In this document: positions 1-9,374 of the stretch, one piece after another | Numbering within the stretch: position 1 is the stretch's first letter | How the letters are laid out: the number at the start of each line of letters is the position of its first letter | Virus record (IMG/VR): IMGVR_UViG_3300023223_000319 | Span: 1 to 54,040 of that record | Direction: 5' to 3' (one strand) | Length of the DNA: 54,040 nucleotides | Origin: a virus | Taxonomy: Duplodnaviria > Caudoviricetes | Program-made: the position numbers and the translations under genes | The notes under the pieces: generated by a model | Told to the model about the DNA's origin: nothing | The model's database searches: none | Seen by the model: the letters and a program-made list of their open reading frames with translations, nothing else

Positions 1-144
1 GAAATAGTCGAACGGTACAGAGCTATCGGCATTGATTTTGTTGCCGTACCTGTGATGGATTCATCGCACAAGTGTCAGCTTATCGCGCAAAGCAATGAGG
101 TGCTGGAATACTTGGCAAGAGAGATGGAGGATTAACCCCATTAA
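1..144 (+). repeat. 144-bp direct repeat, copy 1 (copy 2 at 53107-53250)
   Basis: gaaatagtcg...accccattaa is identical by eye at both places; the sequences diverge at the next base. Covers the 3' part of the DUF1382-like gene. Confidence 0.95.
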
Positions 145-171
145 AAGCTAAACACAGATAGAGGATTGATC

Positions 172-342
172 ATGAGAGATGCAGAAGGGCTCAAGGGAAT
201 AGATGGTGTAAAATATCTGACATCAGCTCCGAAAGGTGAAACTATTGTGGATATGCAAGTATTTAATGACGTTCTTTACATTGCAACAGATAAACACATT
301 TACAAGCTTGTCGATGATAAGCGGCTTGATATTCAACATTAA
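172..342 (+). CDS. Small hypothetical protein (56 aa, not in ORF track)
   Basis: GAGG RBS, ATG at 172, open to TAA at 340-342 (MRDAEGLKGIDG...). Confidence 0.6.
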   Translation: MRDAEGLKGIDGVKYLTSAPKGETIVDMQVFNDVLYIATDKHIYKLVDDKRLDIQH

Positions 343-344
343 CC

Positions 345-530
345 ATGGAGCAACGACACATAACCCTAAAGAGCGGCCACAAGCTGTATAAGCCGGCCCT
401 ACACGACCACTATACGGTATTCAGTCTCACCGGTATCTACATGGGATGGATAGCAGCGAAGGGCGATATAGGCGGCTTCTTGAAGCGAGGAGGGTTTAAC
501 CAGGAATTAACACGAAGTATGGTACATTGA
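345..530 (+). CDS. Hypothetical protein
   Basis: ORF packed directly after the previous gene. Confidence 0.5.
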   Translation: MEQRHITLKSGHKLYKPALHDHYTVFSLTGIYMGWIAAKGDIGGFLKRGGFNQELTRSMVH

Positions 531-546
531 TTCTGCGTCTAAACTC

Positions 547-612
547 GGCAGAGGCCGGTCTTATCAACCGGTGTGGCGCCTTCCTTTCGATAAGCCTTTG
601 ATAGGGGTTTTT
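547..612 (+). promoter_or_regulatory. Structured leader (hairpin whose loop matches downstream sites near the RBS)
   Basis: CCGGT-CTTATCA-ACCGG hairpin (555-571); the loop is complementary to GATAAG (589-594) and TGATAGG (599-605). Confidence 0.45.
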
Positions 613-1212
613 ATGAGAAAAAAACCAAAACTAGTTTATGGTGTCGGCACTAATGATGCTGATTATTATGTTCAGTCTATTGTAAATGGGATCTGTATTA
701 GGTGTCCGTTTTACAGAAAATGGAGCAGCATGCTAAAGCGATGCTACTCATCAAAATATCATCTAGAGCACCCTTCTTATATCGACTGTACCGTATGTGA
801 TAAATGGTTAACTTTCAGTAATTTTAAGAAATGGATGGAAACCCAGGGCTGGGAAGGCAAGGAGCTGGACAAAGATATATTGATCGAAGGCAACAAACTC
901 TATTCCCATGAAACCTGTCTTTTTGTGACCCAGGCAACAAATAATCTGCTCACCGACAGCAGAAGATCTAGGGGGGCGTTTCCTATAGGGGTCAGCAGGG
1001 GATACAAAGGCTATCAGACTGGGTGCAGAAGTGGTAGCAACAATAAGTATCTCGGTGAATATTCCACTCCAGAAGAGGCTCATGCCGTTTATGTCGGCTA
1101 CAAAGCAATGGTCATAACACTTCACGCAAGCAAGCTAACTGACAAGCGAGTGGCGGCCGCTCTAATCCGCAGGTCTAACAGCATGATGGCCGGAATTAAG
1201 GAAATACGATGA
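613..1212 (+). CDS. HNH homing endonuclease with AP2-like C-terminus
   Basis: VYGVGTND, WSSMLKRCYS, CDKWLTFSNFK, LDKDIL..GNK.YS.ETC.FV, YLGEYSTPEEAH; start taken at ATG 613. Confidence 0.85.
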   Translation: MRKKPKLVYGVGTNDADYYVQSIVNGICIRCPFYRKWSSMLKRCYSSKYHLEHPSYIDCTVCDKWLTFSNFKKWMETQGWEGKELDKDILIEGNKLYSHETCLFVTQATNNLLTDSRRSRGAFPIGVSRGYKGYQTGCRSGSNNKYLGEYSTPEEAHAVYVGYKAMVITLHASKLTDKRVAAALIRRSNSMMAGIKEIR

Positions 1213-1574
1213 CACAGTACGACAACACCAACAAAGGCGCCATATGGGGCAACAAGGATAAGCAGTCAGACCGGCATCCAGACTTCAAGGGTTCAATCAA
1301 TATTGAGGGCGTTGAATACTGGCTATCAGGCTGGAAGCGAGACCCCAATGGCAACCCTAACGCTCCGTCTGTAAAGTTCAGTGTGCAGAGAAAGGATGAG
1401 GTTCACGCTAATGGTTATCAGCAGGCTCAACAGGCCATGCGGTCACCACCCCCGCAACAGCAGCAACCCCCGCAGAATCAGGGTTTCCAGCAGGGGCCCA
1501 GCGCTCAACAAGCAGTTTCAGCACCACCCCAAAACGGTGGATTTGACGACTTTGATCAAGAAATCCCCTTCTAG
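1209..1574 (+). CDS. Single-stranded DNA-binding protein (phage type)
   Basis: YDNTNKG...HPDFKGSINIEG.EYWLSGW, Q/P-rich linker and acidic tail DDFDQEIPF. Confidence 0.8.
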   Translation: MTQYDNTNKGAIWGNKDKQSDRHPDFKGSINIEGVEYWLSGWKRDPNGNPNAPSVKFSVQRKDEVHANGYQQAQQAMRSPPPQQQQPPQNQGFQQGPSAQQAVSAPPQNGGFDDFDQEIPF

Positions 1575-1807
1575 TGGATGATTATGTAGATGTACCGGGC
1601 CCCATACTAGGCGGCCTTAAAGATCGCAGAAAGAGGGGCCCATACAGGCGAGCCTACAAGCCGACCATTATCAAGAGGAAATATATCCCAAGGCCAGTTA
1701 AGGCAAAGAGGCGTATCCAAGTGCGCCCTGACATTCAAATAACACCTGACTGGACTGATGAGCAGATGGCTCTAGAGCTGACACTCCGACGAAAGTACCG
1801 TAATTAG
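1574..1807 (+). CDS. Basic hypothetical protein
   Basis: Overlaps the SSB stop codon; R/K-rich. Confidence 0.45.
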   Translation: MDDYVDVPGPILGGLKDRRKRGPYRRAYKPTIIKRKYIPRPVKAKRRIQVRPDIQITPDWTDEQMALELTLRRKYRN

Positions 1808-1839
1808 CCATTATCAATGCGTGTGATATACTTCACGGC

Positions 1840-2052
1840 ATGTCAGATAGCATCCTTGACCTACCATTGAACACCGAGGGGTTTTACAGTCTAGAGGGCT
1901 GCAAATTCCACTGTATCGCTATGGCTGTCGATCCGTTTACTGGGAAGCGATATGTTGAGCATAAAGGCACCAAGTGTATAGTTCAATCAACAGATACATA
2001 CCGCCCTGAAGGCTTCATTCATTACACGCAATCAGGCAGAGATGCCGATTAA
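1840..2052 (+). CDS. Hypothetical protein
   Basis: ORF downstream of an extended -10-like TGATATACT. Confidence 0.5.
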   Translation: MSDSILDLPLNTEGFYSLEGCKFHCIAMAVDPFTGKRYVEHKGTKCIVQSTDTYRPEGFIHYTQSGRDAD

Positions 2053-2089
2053 TTCACCTTATAGACGATCAGGTAGAGAATAGATAATT

Positions 2090-2968
2090 ATGCCTATAAC
2101 GCCATCAGATTATGAGCATTTTTCACAGATAAACGCATCTAAAGGCGTGGCGAGTTTTTACGCGCTGGATCAAGCAGGGGCTAACGTCGATTTATTTGGC
2201 TTCGGGCCTGATCTGGAAATAGCAGACCCCTCGATGTGGACGGATAACCCTGAGTGGCTGACGGGTGATGGTGTTTCGGATTATGCCGGCTTTCACTCTG
2301 ATGGCTCGCCTACCCAAGAAGACCAGGCGGAGAAGATTTTTAAACTTAATAACGGGCTTCAGCTTATCGCGTTTCAGGTGGCTTACTCCTCTGCACCAGT
2401 CTCAGACGAGGAGTTTGTATTTTTAGGCGGGCAGGATCTGTCTGCACCTAGCAGTGCGAGAGGTGTTAAATATACTCTTGGAACTGATGGAAATGTCGAC
2501 CAAAACTCCATAGTTGACGGCGGGGGCGCTAGAAATATACCGGGATATAACGCTACTGTGCTAGGTAACGAAATGACCATTGTTTTCGTTAACGATGCCA
2601 GAAGCGGAATAACAGAAAATGGAACTGGGAAGGCTACGGCGTACTCAGGGCCTAATAGCAACGGGCTGGACCTAGTTAGCGCAAACGGAATATCTAAAGT
2701 ATTCGCTAATTATTATGGCCAGAACGATTTTGGAAATATTCTCGGCTTCCCTTCTGGCATGTCCTCTGGCGTAGGCGTTGGTATCGGAGCGAGGTGGAAT
2801 AACTTTGACTCTACGTGGGATGATAATACCCCCTTTCAGATAAGGCGGCTTCTGGTCATGAACTTTAAGAAGGTTGATCCGCGACTTTTAGGCGAGATAG
2901 CTTTCGACCTGCTATATAGCGGCGGACTTCCTGGCGCGTCTGTTTATCGAGGCATTCTCAATGCTTAG
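2090..2968 (+). CDS. Acidic beta-rich protein, possibly lectin/LamG-like virion accessory
   Basis: 292 aa, G/D/N-rich, translationally coupled to the next gene. Confidence 0.5.
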   Translation: MPITPSDYEHFSQINASKGVASFYALDQAGANVDLFGFGPDLEIADPSMWTDNPEWLTGDGVSDYAGFHSDGSPTQEDQAEKIFKLNNGLQLIAFQVAYSSAPVSDEEFVFLGGQDLSAPSSARGVKYTLGTDGNVDQNSIVDGGGARNIPGYNATVLGNEMTIVFVNDARSGITENGTGKATAYSGPNSNGLDLVSANGISKVFANYYGQNDFGNILGFPSGMSSGVGVGIGARWNNFDSTWDDNTPFQIRRLLVMNFKKVDPRLLGEIAFDLLYSGGLPGASVYRGILNA

Positions 2969-4787
2969 AGTACCAGGCATAGGGCGGCCGACCGCTAATA
3001 GTATTCGCGTTCTAGTTGCAACAACCCGTGATTCAGCGGTTGACCCTATCAGCGCGGTAGCCTCTGCGGGCAGTGTGGCCATAACGCAGCCAGCGCAGAC
3101 TCTCGTGACAATTTCGGCTCCGCTACAGGTCGGGTTTGTTGATGTTACCGGGCTGCCGGCCCACTCCCCCCTTACCGTAACCGTCTCCCAGAATGGGGAG
3201 GACGACCAAGTTTGCACGCTAAAAACGCTGCCTGACGATGAGGTGACAGATTTTAGCTTTATTATGACCACTTGCGACTTTTTGGTCAGCAAGACAGCGG
3301 GAAATCTGTGGCGAGAACTTAATGATTTAATCGACACCGAGAATATCCTGTTTAGAGTTAACCCTGACGACTACACCTATGTCGACGGCCTGACTATGAA
3401 CAAACCCCCCTACACATCAACGGGAGTGCCTGGCACCACAAAAGACCCTGACGACTACAACCTTGCTTACGGGGTGTGGGCTGGTGTGTTTGATACGTAC
3501 TACGAGGCTCACGATGTAGAGCGTCAAGACTTTTATAAACGAGTTCCGGTACTGTCTACTGGCGGCGACCATTATGTAAAAAACGATTATCGACGGTCTA
3601 CGGACGTTCCAGAAGATTCGGTGCTATATGCCGCCGCTAAAGACGGATGGGAGAACTGGGCAGCCCCGCTTAACCCGGATCCACTAGCTGTGGGTGAGCT
3701 GTGGTTCGGGTTTACCTGTGGGCCTTGCCGGTTCGTATTTAGCGAAATGGAAAACACGTGTATACCCCCCGTTGCCAGCGAGACGGACAAGCCTTGCTAC
3801 ACCCAGCCCCAGATTGACGACTGGTTTAACTACTGGGATACGGATCCTGTGCAGTTTAATTTTCTTTGCTCGGAGCGAATGACAGACCAGACGCAGCAGG
3901 GATGGAGACAGCTGCACCAGGACGAGGCGGACGGGTGGAAGGCGTCAATGGAAGCTAACAACAACCTAAACGGTGTTAACGGGAATCTGACCGCCTTGAC
4001 CGGCGACAGGCATTGCCAGATGGTCATACAGTACGACTCATTTGCAGAAATGGTGCCGTCACAGTGCGCGGGTCAAGATTCGGTGGGCGCAGAGCTTTAC
4101 GGTATAAACTGGGCCTGGGGTGGCGTGCTAAAGCATGCGATAGTGACCCGAGACGAGATAGGTGACAGGCCAGAAGAGGGGTTTATTTTATTCAGGGTAA
4201 AGGCGAGCGCCGCCACGCCTTTCCTAGAAATGATTCACTATCAGACCATGAATGGCACGCTACAACAGACTTACGGCCCCTCTAGGCTTAATGCTGGCGC
4301 AGAGGACAATCAGTGGGTGCTGCCAGACAATAGCGACAGGATAGGGCGCGAGGTACAGAATTCAGGTGCTATAGGCCAGAAGGACCGATTTGTAATGCCG
4401 GGCGAGACTATCGCTCAAGGATCGAGGGATGATTACCTGGGATTCTACATATTCCAAGGTGACAACAACAGTTATCTAACGACTCTGAATTGCCATGTAG
4501 GCGCTGTATCTGAGACGGTACAGGCCAGATTCAAACTAACACTATTCGAGTATGACTTTGGCGGCACTCAGCTACCAACAAAGGTTGTCGGAGAGACAGA
4601 ATTCCAGAGGCTACCGGTTAAAGTCGGGGCGGGCGCCAGACAACTCCACAAGCTGCCAATAGTCGGTGGCGAGTTGAGGCTAGGCCCGAGATACTACATT
4701 ATAGGCATAAGTGTGGAGGACGCCCCCGTCTCCGTCTCAGATGATACAATCGGCGTCGTAGGACGAGAGGGGGCGATTAGTGTCTGA
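2961..4787 (+). CDS. Divergent PhoD-like metallophosphoesterase with extra C-terminal domain
   Basis: Motif order TTCD / PDDYTYVD / GDHYVKND / TGDRH parallels the PhoD motifs SC / GDxxYxD / DDHExxNN / SGDxH. Confidence 0.6.
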   Translation: MLRVPGIGRPTANSIRVLVATTRDSAVDPISAVASAGSVAITQPAQTLVTISAPLQVGFVDVTGLPAHSPLTVTVSQNGEDDQVCTLKTLPDDEVTDFSFIMTTCDFLVSKTAGNLWRELNDLIDTENILFRVNPDDYTYVDGLTMNKPPYTSTGVPGTTKDPDDYNLAYGVWAGVFDTYYEAHDVERQDFYKRVPVLSTGGDHYVKNDYRRSTDVPEDSVLYAAAKDGWENWAAPLNPDPLAVGELWFGFTCGPCRFVFSEMENTCIPPVASETDKPCYTQPQIDDWFNYWDTDPVQFNFLCSERMTDQTQQGWRQLHQDEADGWKASMEANNNLNGVNGNLTALTGDRHCQMVIQYDSFAEMVPSQCAGQDSVGAELYGINWAWGGVLKHAIVTRDEIGDRPEEGFILFRVKASAATPFLEMIHYQTMNGTLQQTYGPSRLNAGAEDNQWVLPDNSDRIGREVQNSGAIGQKDRFVMPGETIAQGSRDDYLGFYIFQGDNNSYLTTLNCHVGAVSETVQARFKLTLFEYDFGGTQLPTKVVGETEFQRLPVKVGAGARQLHKLPIVGGELRLGPRYYIIGISVEDAPVSVSDDTIGVVGREGAISV

Positions 4788-5691
4788 TTTCGTAGACAGC
4801 AAGCCGGTGCAGTCCAGTATGGGGCTGTGGTCGGACGTAGAGAGGAAGGCTGAAATGCTCACTTTTGGATTTAAGAAGACCGCAAGCGATGCCAATAGCC
4901 CGAGAACACAGCTAAACGGGAACGCCAGAACGAGCGCTAGGCAGGTTGCGGCAGCCAGGACGCTCTCAACTCCAGACGACATTAGCATAAAACGGCTTAG
5001 CTGGTTTGGCAGAACTGGTCAATCCGGGCTCCCTACTTATAATTTCACGATTGCCATCTACACGTATGATCCGACGGGCTACGGCGGTAGCGGGCAGCCA
5101 CTGACAAAAGTTGGGGAGGCGGCGGGTGTTTTCGACAACGGCACGACACAGCCAAACGAAACCGAGTGGTTTATTAATGTAGATATTAGCCTGCCGGCGA
5201 ACAACCCAGGCGAGGAGTATATTCTTGCGTCTGTTTTTGACATAGACACTTTAGTCGGCGACTCAAGGGATGGCACGACCAGCTCGGTTAATAATTCAGA
5301 CATCTATCCTGACGGGCTGGTTGATGATTGGAGCATTCTCTTGCAGTCAGCATCATCATCAGACCCGGCTATATGGGCTGATTACGAGATTATAACCGCG
5401 CCCCCCACACTAACCGCTCCGTACAGTAATCTAATAAACATATTTGGCGATGCTGTTAGTGTAGACTTGAGTGGTCATATTACCGATGCGACATCTATTG
5501 ATTACTCGGTATTCCCTGCAACCCTGTCAGAGTCTTCGGATCTCGTTACAGGAACGGTAACATTGCCAACAGGCAGAACCCGAGTATCAGTAACAGCTAC
5601 AAACTCATTTGGGTCAATAGTTGAGACATTTGAATGGGATACATTAACTATCGGCGCGGCGTCTAACATTAACACTGATATAAATACATAG
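4780..5691 (+). CDS. Virion accessory protein with C-terminal putative Ig-like domain
   Basis: C-terminus PPTLTAP...VTGTVT..G...VSVTATNSFG resembles He_PIG Ig repeats. Confidence 0.5.
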   Translation: MSDFVDSKPVQSSMGLWSDVERKAEMLTFGFKKTASDANSPRTQLNGNARTSARQVAAARTLSTPDDISIKRLSWFGRTGQSGLPTYNFTIAIYTYDPTGYGGSGQPLTKVGEAAGVFDNGTTQPNETEWFINVDISLPANNPGEEYILASVFDIDTLVGDSRDGTTSSVNNSDIYPDGLVDDWSILLQSASSSDPAIWADYEIITAPPTLTAPYSNLINIFGDAVSVDLSGHITDATSIDYSVFPATLSESSDLVTGTVTLPTGRTRVSVTATNSFGSIVETFEWDTLTIGAASNINTDINT

Positions 5692-5699
5692 GCATCACT

Positions 5700-6020
5700 A
5701 TGACAACCATTATACCCCAACCTAAAGTCGCTACCTTGGACGCCGCCAATACCTCCGTAGACATGGTTAACACGGCCGGCAGCATTGAGATTGCAGGTGA
5801 TTTTACAGGCCCGGCTACAGTAACCCAGAGCCTTACAGGCGGGTCTACTACAATTGATACCTTTCTGGTGGATAGCACGCTCCACACACAGGCAAACCAG
5901 CTTACATTCGGCTTAACTGGCGGCAACGGGCCGATTACCATCCGGTGGTATCCTGATGCAATTAATACAGATGTAACAGATACCCGGGTACTTAAAAAAG
6001 ACAAATCACACGAGGGTTAA
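5700..6020 (+). CDS. Hypothetical Thr-rich beta protein
   Basis: Co-oriented ORF in the same cluster. Confidence 0.5.
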   Translation: MTTIIPQPKVATLDAANTSVDMVNTAGSIEIAGDFTGPATVTQSLTGGSTTIDTFLVDSTLHTQANQLTFGLTGGNGPITIRWYPDAINTDVTDTRVLKKDKSHEG

Positions 6021-6023
6021 GAT

Positions 6024-6113
6024 ATGGCACATAAAGCAAAGCCAAAGCGTGGTCAGCGAGCAAATACCAACAAGAACAGCAAAGATAAGCGTAAGAAGCG
6101 TACCAAAAAGTAA
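6024..6113 (+). CDS. 29-aa highly basic peptide
   Basis: GAGG RBS; MAHKAKPKRGQRANTNKNSKDKRKKRTKK; TAATG coupling to the HNH gene. Confidence 0.55.
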   Translation: MAHKAKPKRGQRANTNKNSKDKRKKRTKK

Positions 6114-6472
6114 TGGAGATATTGCTGCTCTGTATTGGGCTGCTGATAATTGCTGTATGCCAGGATTTAACCCTAGAGCCGACCAAAGAGCAGCAAGACC
6201 CTAATTTCTACCGCTCACCCGAATGGCGGGCGTTAAGGGTTAGAGTATTCGCAGCATGGGGTAGAGATTGCCTCATTTGTGGCAAGAACATTGAGCCGAT
6301 GACCATTGATCATGTGTACCCCAGGTCAAAGTTTCCAGAACTGGAGCTAGAGTTCACAAATTGCCAGCCCGCTTGCTCTCCTTGCAACCGCAAAAAGAGT
6401 AATACCGATTTCACTGACTACCGGGATTACCGGCAAATGAACGAAATTGTCAGTGATCATGCTAAGCGGTGA
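6113..6472 (+). CDS. HNH endonuclease near the terminase genes
   Basis: FYRSPEWRALR, CLICG, IDHVYPRS, NCQPACSPCNRKK. Confidence 0.85.
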   Translation: MEILLLCIGLLIIAVCQDLTLEPTKEQQDPNFYRSPEWRALRVRVFAAWGRDCLICGKNIEPMTIDHVYPRSKFPELELEFTNCQPACSPCNRKKSNTDFTDYRDYRQMNEIVSDHAKR

Positions 6473-6507
6473 CTATCGAACAATATTGATTTCACCGACT
6501 GGAGAGA

Positions 6508-6738
6508 ATGATGGATAATATATTGAATGGTAGCTGGGTAAACTCTAAAGAAAGTTTGTTCAAATCCCCGAACGATCCAAGCCTCCAATATAACGGCGAT
6601 AACTCATCCTTTAATATATCAGGGAGTGACTTGACTATTGATGGCATTGATATTGCCCCTGGAATACATAAGCTAAAGCCAGGTCAGGTTGTGCGATATA
6701 GCCAAGAGCATGACTTTGCTATAAGTGAGGCATGTTAG
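6508..6738 (+). CDS. Hypothetical protein
   Basis: GGAG RBS. Confidence 0.5.
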   Translation: MMDNILNGSWVNSKESLFKSPNDPSLQYNGDNSSFNISGSDLTIDGIDIAPGIHKLKPGQVVRYSQEHDFAISEAC

Positions 6739-6983
6739 AAGTGAGTAAAGTCATAAGAAGCGCGCACGATCTTCCAGAGCCTATTGACGGCGTTATTAAC
6801 ATAGAGCCGGGAACAATCTTTGATTTCAGCGGCGTACTTGAGGCTCATCATCCCATGAAATTCAAGGGCACCTTTGATTTCCGATTTCATAACAATATTG
6901 AATCGGCGCCATCAAATCCAAAAGATTATGCGGAGCTTGCCATCAATCAAAGCTGTGTGGCATCACTATTAAGCAATCATTAA
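6732..6983 (+). CDS. Hypothetical protein
   Basis: GAGG RBS, overlaps the previous stop. Confidence 0.5.
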   Translation: MLEVSKVIRSAHDLPEPIDGVINIEPGTIFDFSGVLEAHHPMKFKGTFDFRFHNNIESAPSNPKDYAELAINQSCVASLLSNH

Positions 6984-7032
6984 AGAGCTAGGTAAATGCT
7001 CTAAGGGTAGTAAGTCATAACCCATCACCTAT

Positions 7033-7053
7033 CCTGCTTTTTGCGGGTTTTTT
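7033..7053 (+). terminator. Probable intrinsic terminator
   Basis: CCTGC-TTTTT-GCGGG followed by a T-run. Confidence 0.5.
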
Positions 7054-7107
7054 CATATATGGTATGATTAAATCAATTAATGGTGAAAGACTGACAAAAG
7101 ACTGACT

Positions 7108-7587
7108 ATGTCAAAACATGAATATACCTCTGAAAACCAGCCAGACCCATCCCTAAAGGTAAGAGGTAAGGCAAAGAAGACTCTAATGCTTGATGCCATA
7201 AGGGCTCAGTGCGAGGGAGGCGAACAAGAGTTTCTCAAAAAAGTTGTCGAGCACGCACTGGGTTTCGATGGGGCGGCAGCAACAGAAGACACTCCGGAAA
7301 CAGCCCCAATCCCCCCTAACCCCCAATTACTAACCCTTGTCCTAAACCGCATAGAGCCACCACTAAAGGCCACTATGCCCCTCATAGAGTTTGACTTCGA
7401 CCACACTGCTAAACCCCATGAGCAGGCAGCACAGGTCATTGAGGCAGTATCTAACGGGATTATGTCTCCTGATATCGGATCAATGTTCATATCCTCTATA
7501 AAATCCATGCTTGAGATTGAAGAATATACTGAGCTAAAGGCCAGAATAGAAAGGCTGGAGGACGTTTTAAATGGGGAGTCTAGCTAG
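7108..7587 (+). CDS. terS: Terminase small subunit (putative)
   Basis: Overlaps the TerL start; C-terminal ELKARIERLE coiled coil. Confidence 0.65.
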   Translation: MSKHEYTSENQPDPSLKVRGKAKKTLMLDAIRAQCEGGEQEFLKKVVEHALGFDGAAATEDTPETAPIPPNPQLLTLVLNRIEPPLKATMPLIEFDFDHTAKPHEQAAQVIEAVSNGIMSPDIGSMFISSIKSMLEIEEYTELKARIERLEDVLNGESS

Positions 7588-9250
7588 AAAGCTGGACGAA
7601 CTAGAGCCCCAGATAATGGCTAGTGTTGGAATGCTGGAGAAGTCTGTCTATGGTGTTGTTGACCGGGTTGATCGCATTGATGGCGAGCTAATCCCGCATT
7701 TTATCCGACGATGGAAAGGCACTATAGGCGACATGGCCCCAACGGAAGAAGAGCCAACCATCTATATTATTGAAAAGCTCGAGCCTTTAATCCTAAAACA
7801 CAAGAAATACAAAGGCATGTGGGGAGGAAGAGGGGCCACAAAATCAATAATGGCCATGGACACGATGGCTGGCGAAGTTAATTCATGCGGATCAAAGGTA
7901 TATGCCCTAAGAGAGCACATGAAATCGCTTAAGGAGTCGATTTATGCAGGGATGGAGGGCCGGATAAGAGCTCTTGGATTCGCCGGGTTTAGATCGGTCA
8001 GAAGCCAGAGCGAGATAAGGCACAAAACAGGAGGCCAGATAACGTTCGGCGGCCTCGTTAATGTCGAAGATATGAAGAGCTTGTTTATGTACAAGTTCTT
8101 TCTGATGGAGGAGGCCAGAGACACCAGTCAGGACGCTATCGATATATTAGGCCCAACACTTCGCGGCGTGCCAGGCAGTGAACTTTGGTGGGTTTGGAAC
8201 ACCGGAGCATCAAGCGACGCCATGAGTCAGGAATTTATCGTTCCTTATCAGGCTGATTACGACCGGCAGGGCTATTATGAGGACGACTATCATTATTTAA
8301 TCAAGGTCGGCTATCAAGATAACCCATGGTTTATGCATGATGAGTCTTTGAGCGAGGAGTTGGCTAAAGACTTTGAGAAGGTTTCAGACGGCAGGATGAG
8401 TCAGGCAAGATTTAACCATATATGGAATGGCGGATTTAAAGATGATATCGAGGATTCTGTGATTAGCGAAGAGATGTTCGATGCATGCATAGATGCCCAC
8501 ATTAAACTGGGTTTCGAGCCAAAAGGCGCTATCGTCGCCGGGCATGACCCTTCAGACGTTGGAAATGATGCAAAGGGCTTCTGTGTTCGGCAGGGCGTTG
8601 TATTTACAAGCATGGAAGAACTTGATGGCGAGAACGCTAATAGGGCTTTTGATATAGCATGCAAAAAGGCTAAAGATATCAATGCCGACGTGTTTGGGTG
8701 GGATTGTGACGGGATGGGCGCCCTGCTTAGAGATCAGGCTTCGGCCAACTTTGCAGGAACCAAGATTGAGTCGTTTATGTACAAAGGCAGTGAGGGCGTT
8801 CATGACCCAGAAGACATATTTGAGGAAAGCGACAATTACAACATGAAAGGCGAGAAAAAGAACAAGGACGTGTTTAAGAATAAGAAGGCTCAAAATATAG
8901 TCTCATTTGCCGAAAGGTGCAGAAAGACACACGAGGCGGTATCAGCGTTGGCCAAGGGAAAGATGAAATACTATGACCCTGATGAATTAATTAGCTTTTC
9001 TAGTGAGGGCATTTCACTTAAAACAATGTCAAAATTCAGGGCCGAGTGCTGCAAGATACCGCTAAAGCCATCTGATATGATTTGTTTTTACTCTAAAGAA
9101 GAGTTAAGGCGAGGCATTATGATTAAAGGTAAGCGGATAATCATACCCTCCCCCAACCTATTCGACAGCGCTTCGCTTTCATTTGACAAGTCAAGTATAA
9201 TTATCAAGGTCAAGAAGGTTCAGCTAAACTTCGACTCAATAGGCCGATAA
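7571..9250 (+). CDS. terL: Terminase large subunit
   Basis: Walker A GGRGATKS, Walker B FLMEEA, PTLR, YQDNPW, nuclease GHDPSD.G.D, SPNLFD. Confidence 0.95.
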   Translation: MGSLARKLDELEPQIMASVGMLEKSVYGVVDRVDRIDGELIPHFIRRWKGTIGDMAPTEEEPTIYIIEKLEPLILKHKKYKGMWGGRGATKSIMAMDTMAGEVNSCGSKVYALREHMKSLKESIYAGMEGRIRALGFAGFRSVRSQSEIRHKTGGQITFGGLVNVEDMKSLFMYKFFLMEEARDTSQDAIDILGPTLRGVPGSELWWVWNTGASSDAMSQEFIVPYQADYDRQGYYEDDYHYLIKVGYQDNPWFMHDESLSEELAKDFEKVSDGRMSQARFNHIWNGGFKDDIEDSVISEEMFDACIDAHIKLGFEPKGAIVAGHDPSDVGNDAKGFCVRQGVVFTSMEELDGENANRAFDIACKKAKDINADVFGWDCDGMGALLRDQASANFAGTKIESFMYKGSEGVHDPEDIFEESDNYNMKGEKKNKDVFKNKKAQNIVSFAERCRKTHEAVSALAKGKMKYYDPDELISFSSEGISLKTMSKFRAECCKIPLKPSDMICFYSKEELRRGIMIKGKRIIIPSPNLFDSASLSFDKSSIIIKVKKVQLNFDSIGR

Positions 9251-9275
9251 CACGTTTAATGCTACAATCAGCACC

Positions 9276-9360
9276 GGCTAGGGCATGCAACCCGAAAAGC
9301 GGTAACACCGACCGCCTGCCAATCCTAATTCGGTGATTATCTTGGTGAGATAGTGGTGAT
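9276..9360 (+). promoter_or_regulatory. Structured leader upstream of the portal gene
   Basis: Extended -10-like TGCTACAAT (9260-9268); GCGGT-AACACCG-ACCGC hairpin whose loop complements three downstream YGGTG sites. Confidence 0.5.
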
Positions 9361-9374
9361 TATGATTATTTAAT

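Noticed and set aside
1-144. Physical terminal direct repeat of the virion DNA
   Set aside because: The second copy is internal and starts mid-gene, and the terminase looks headful-type.
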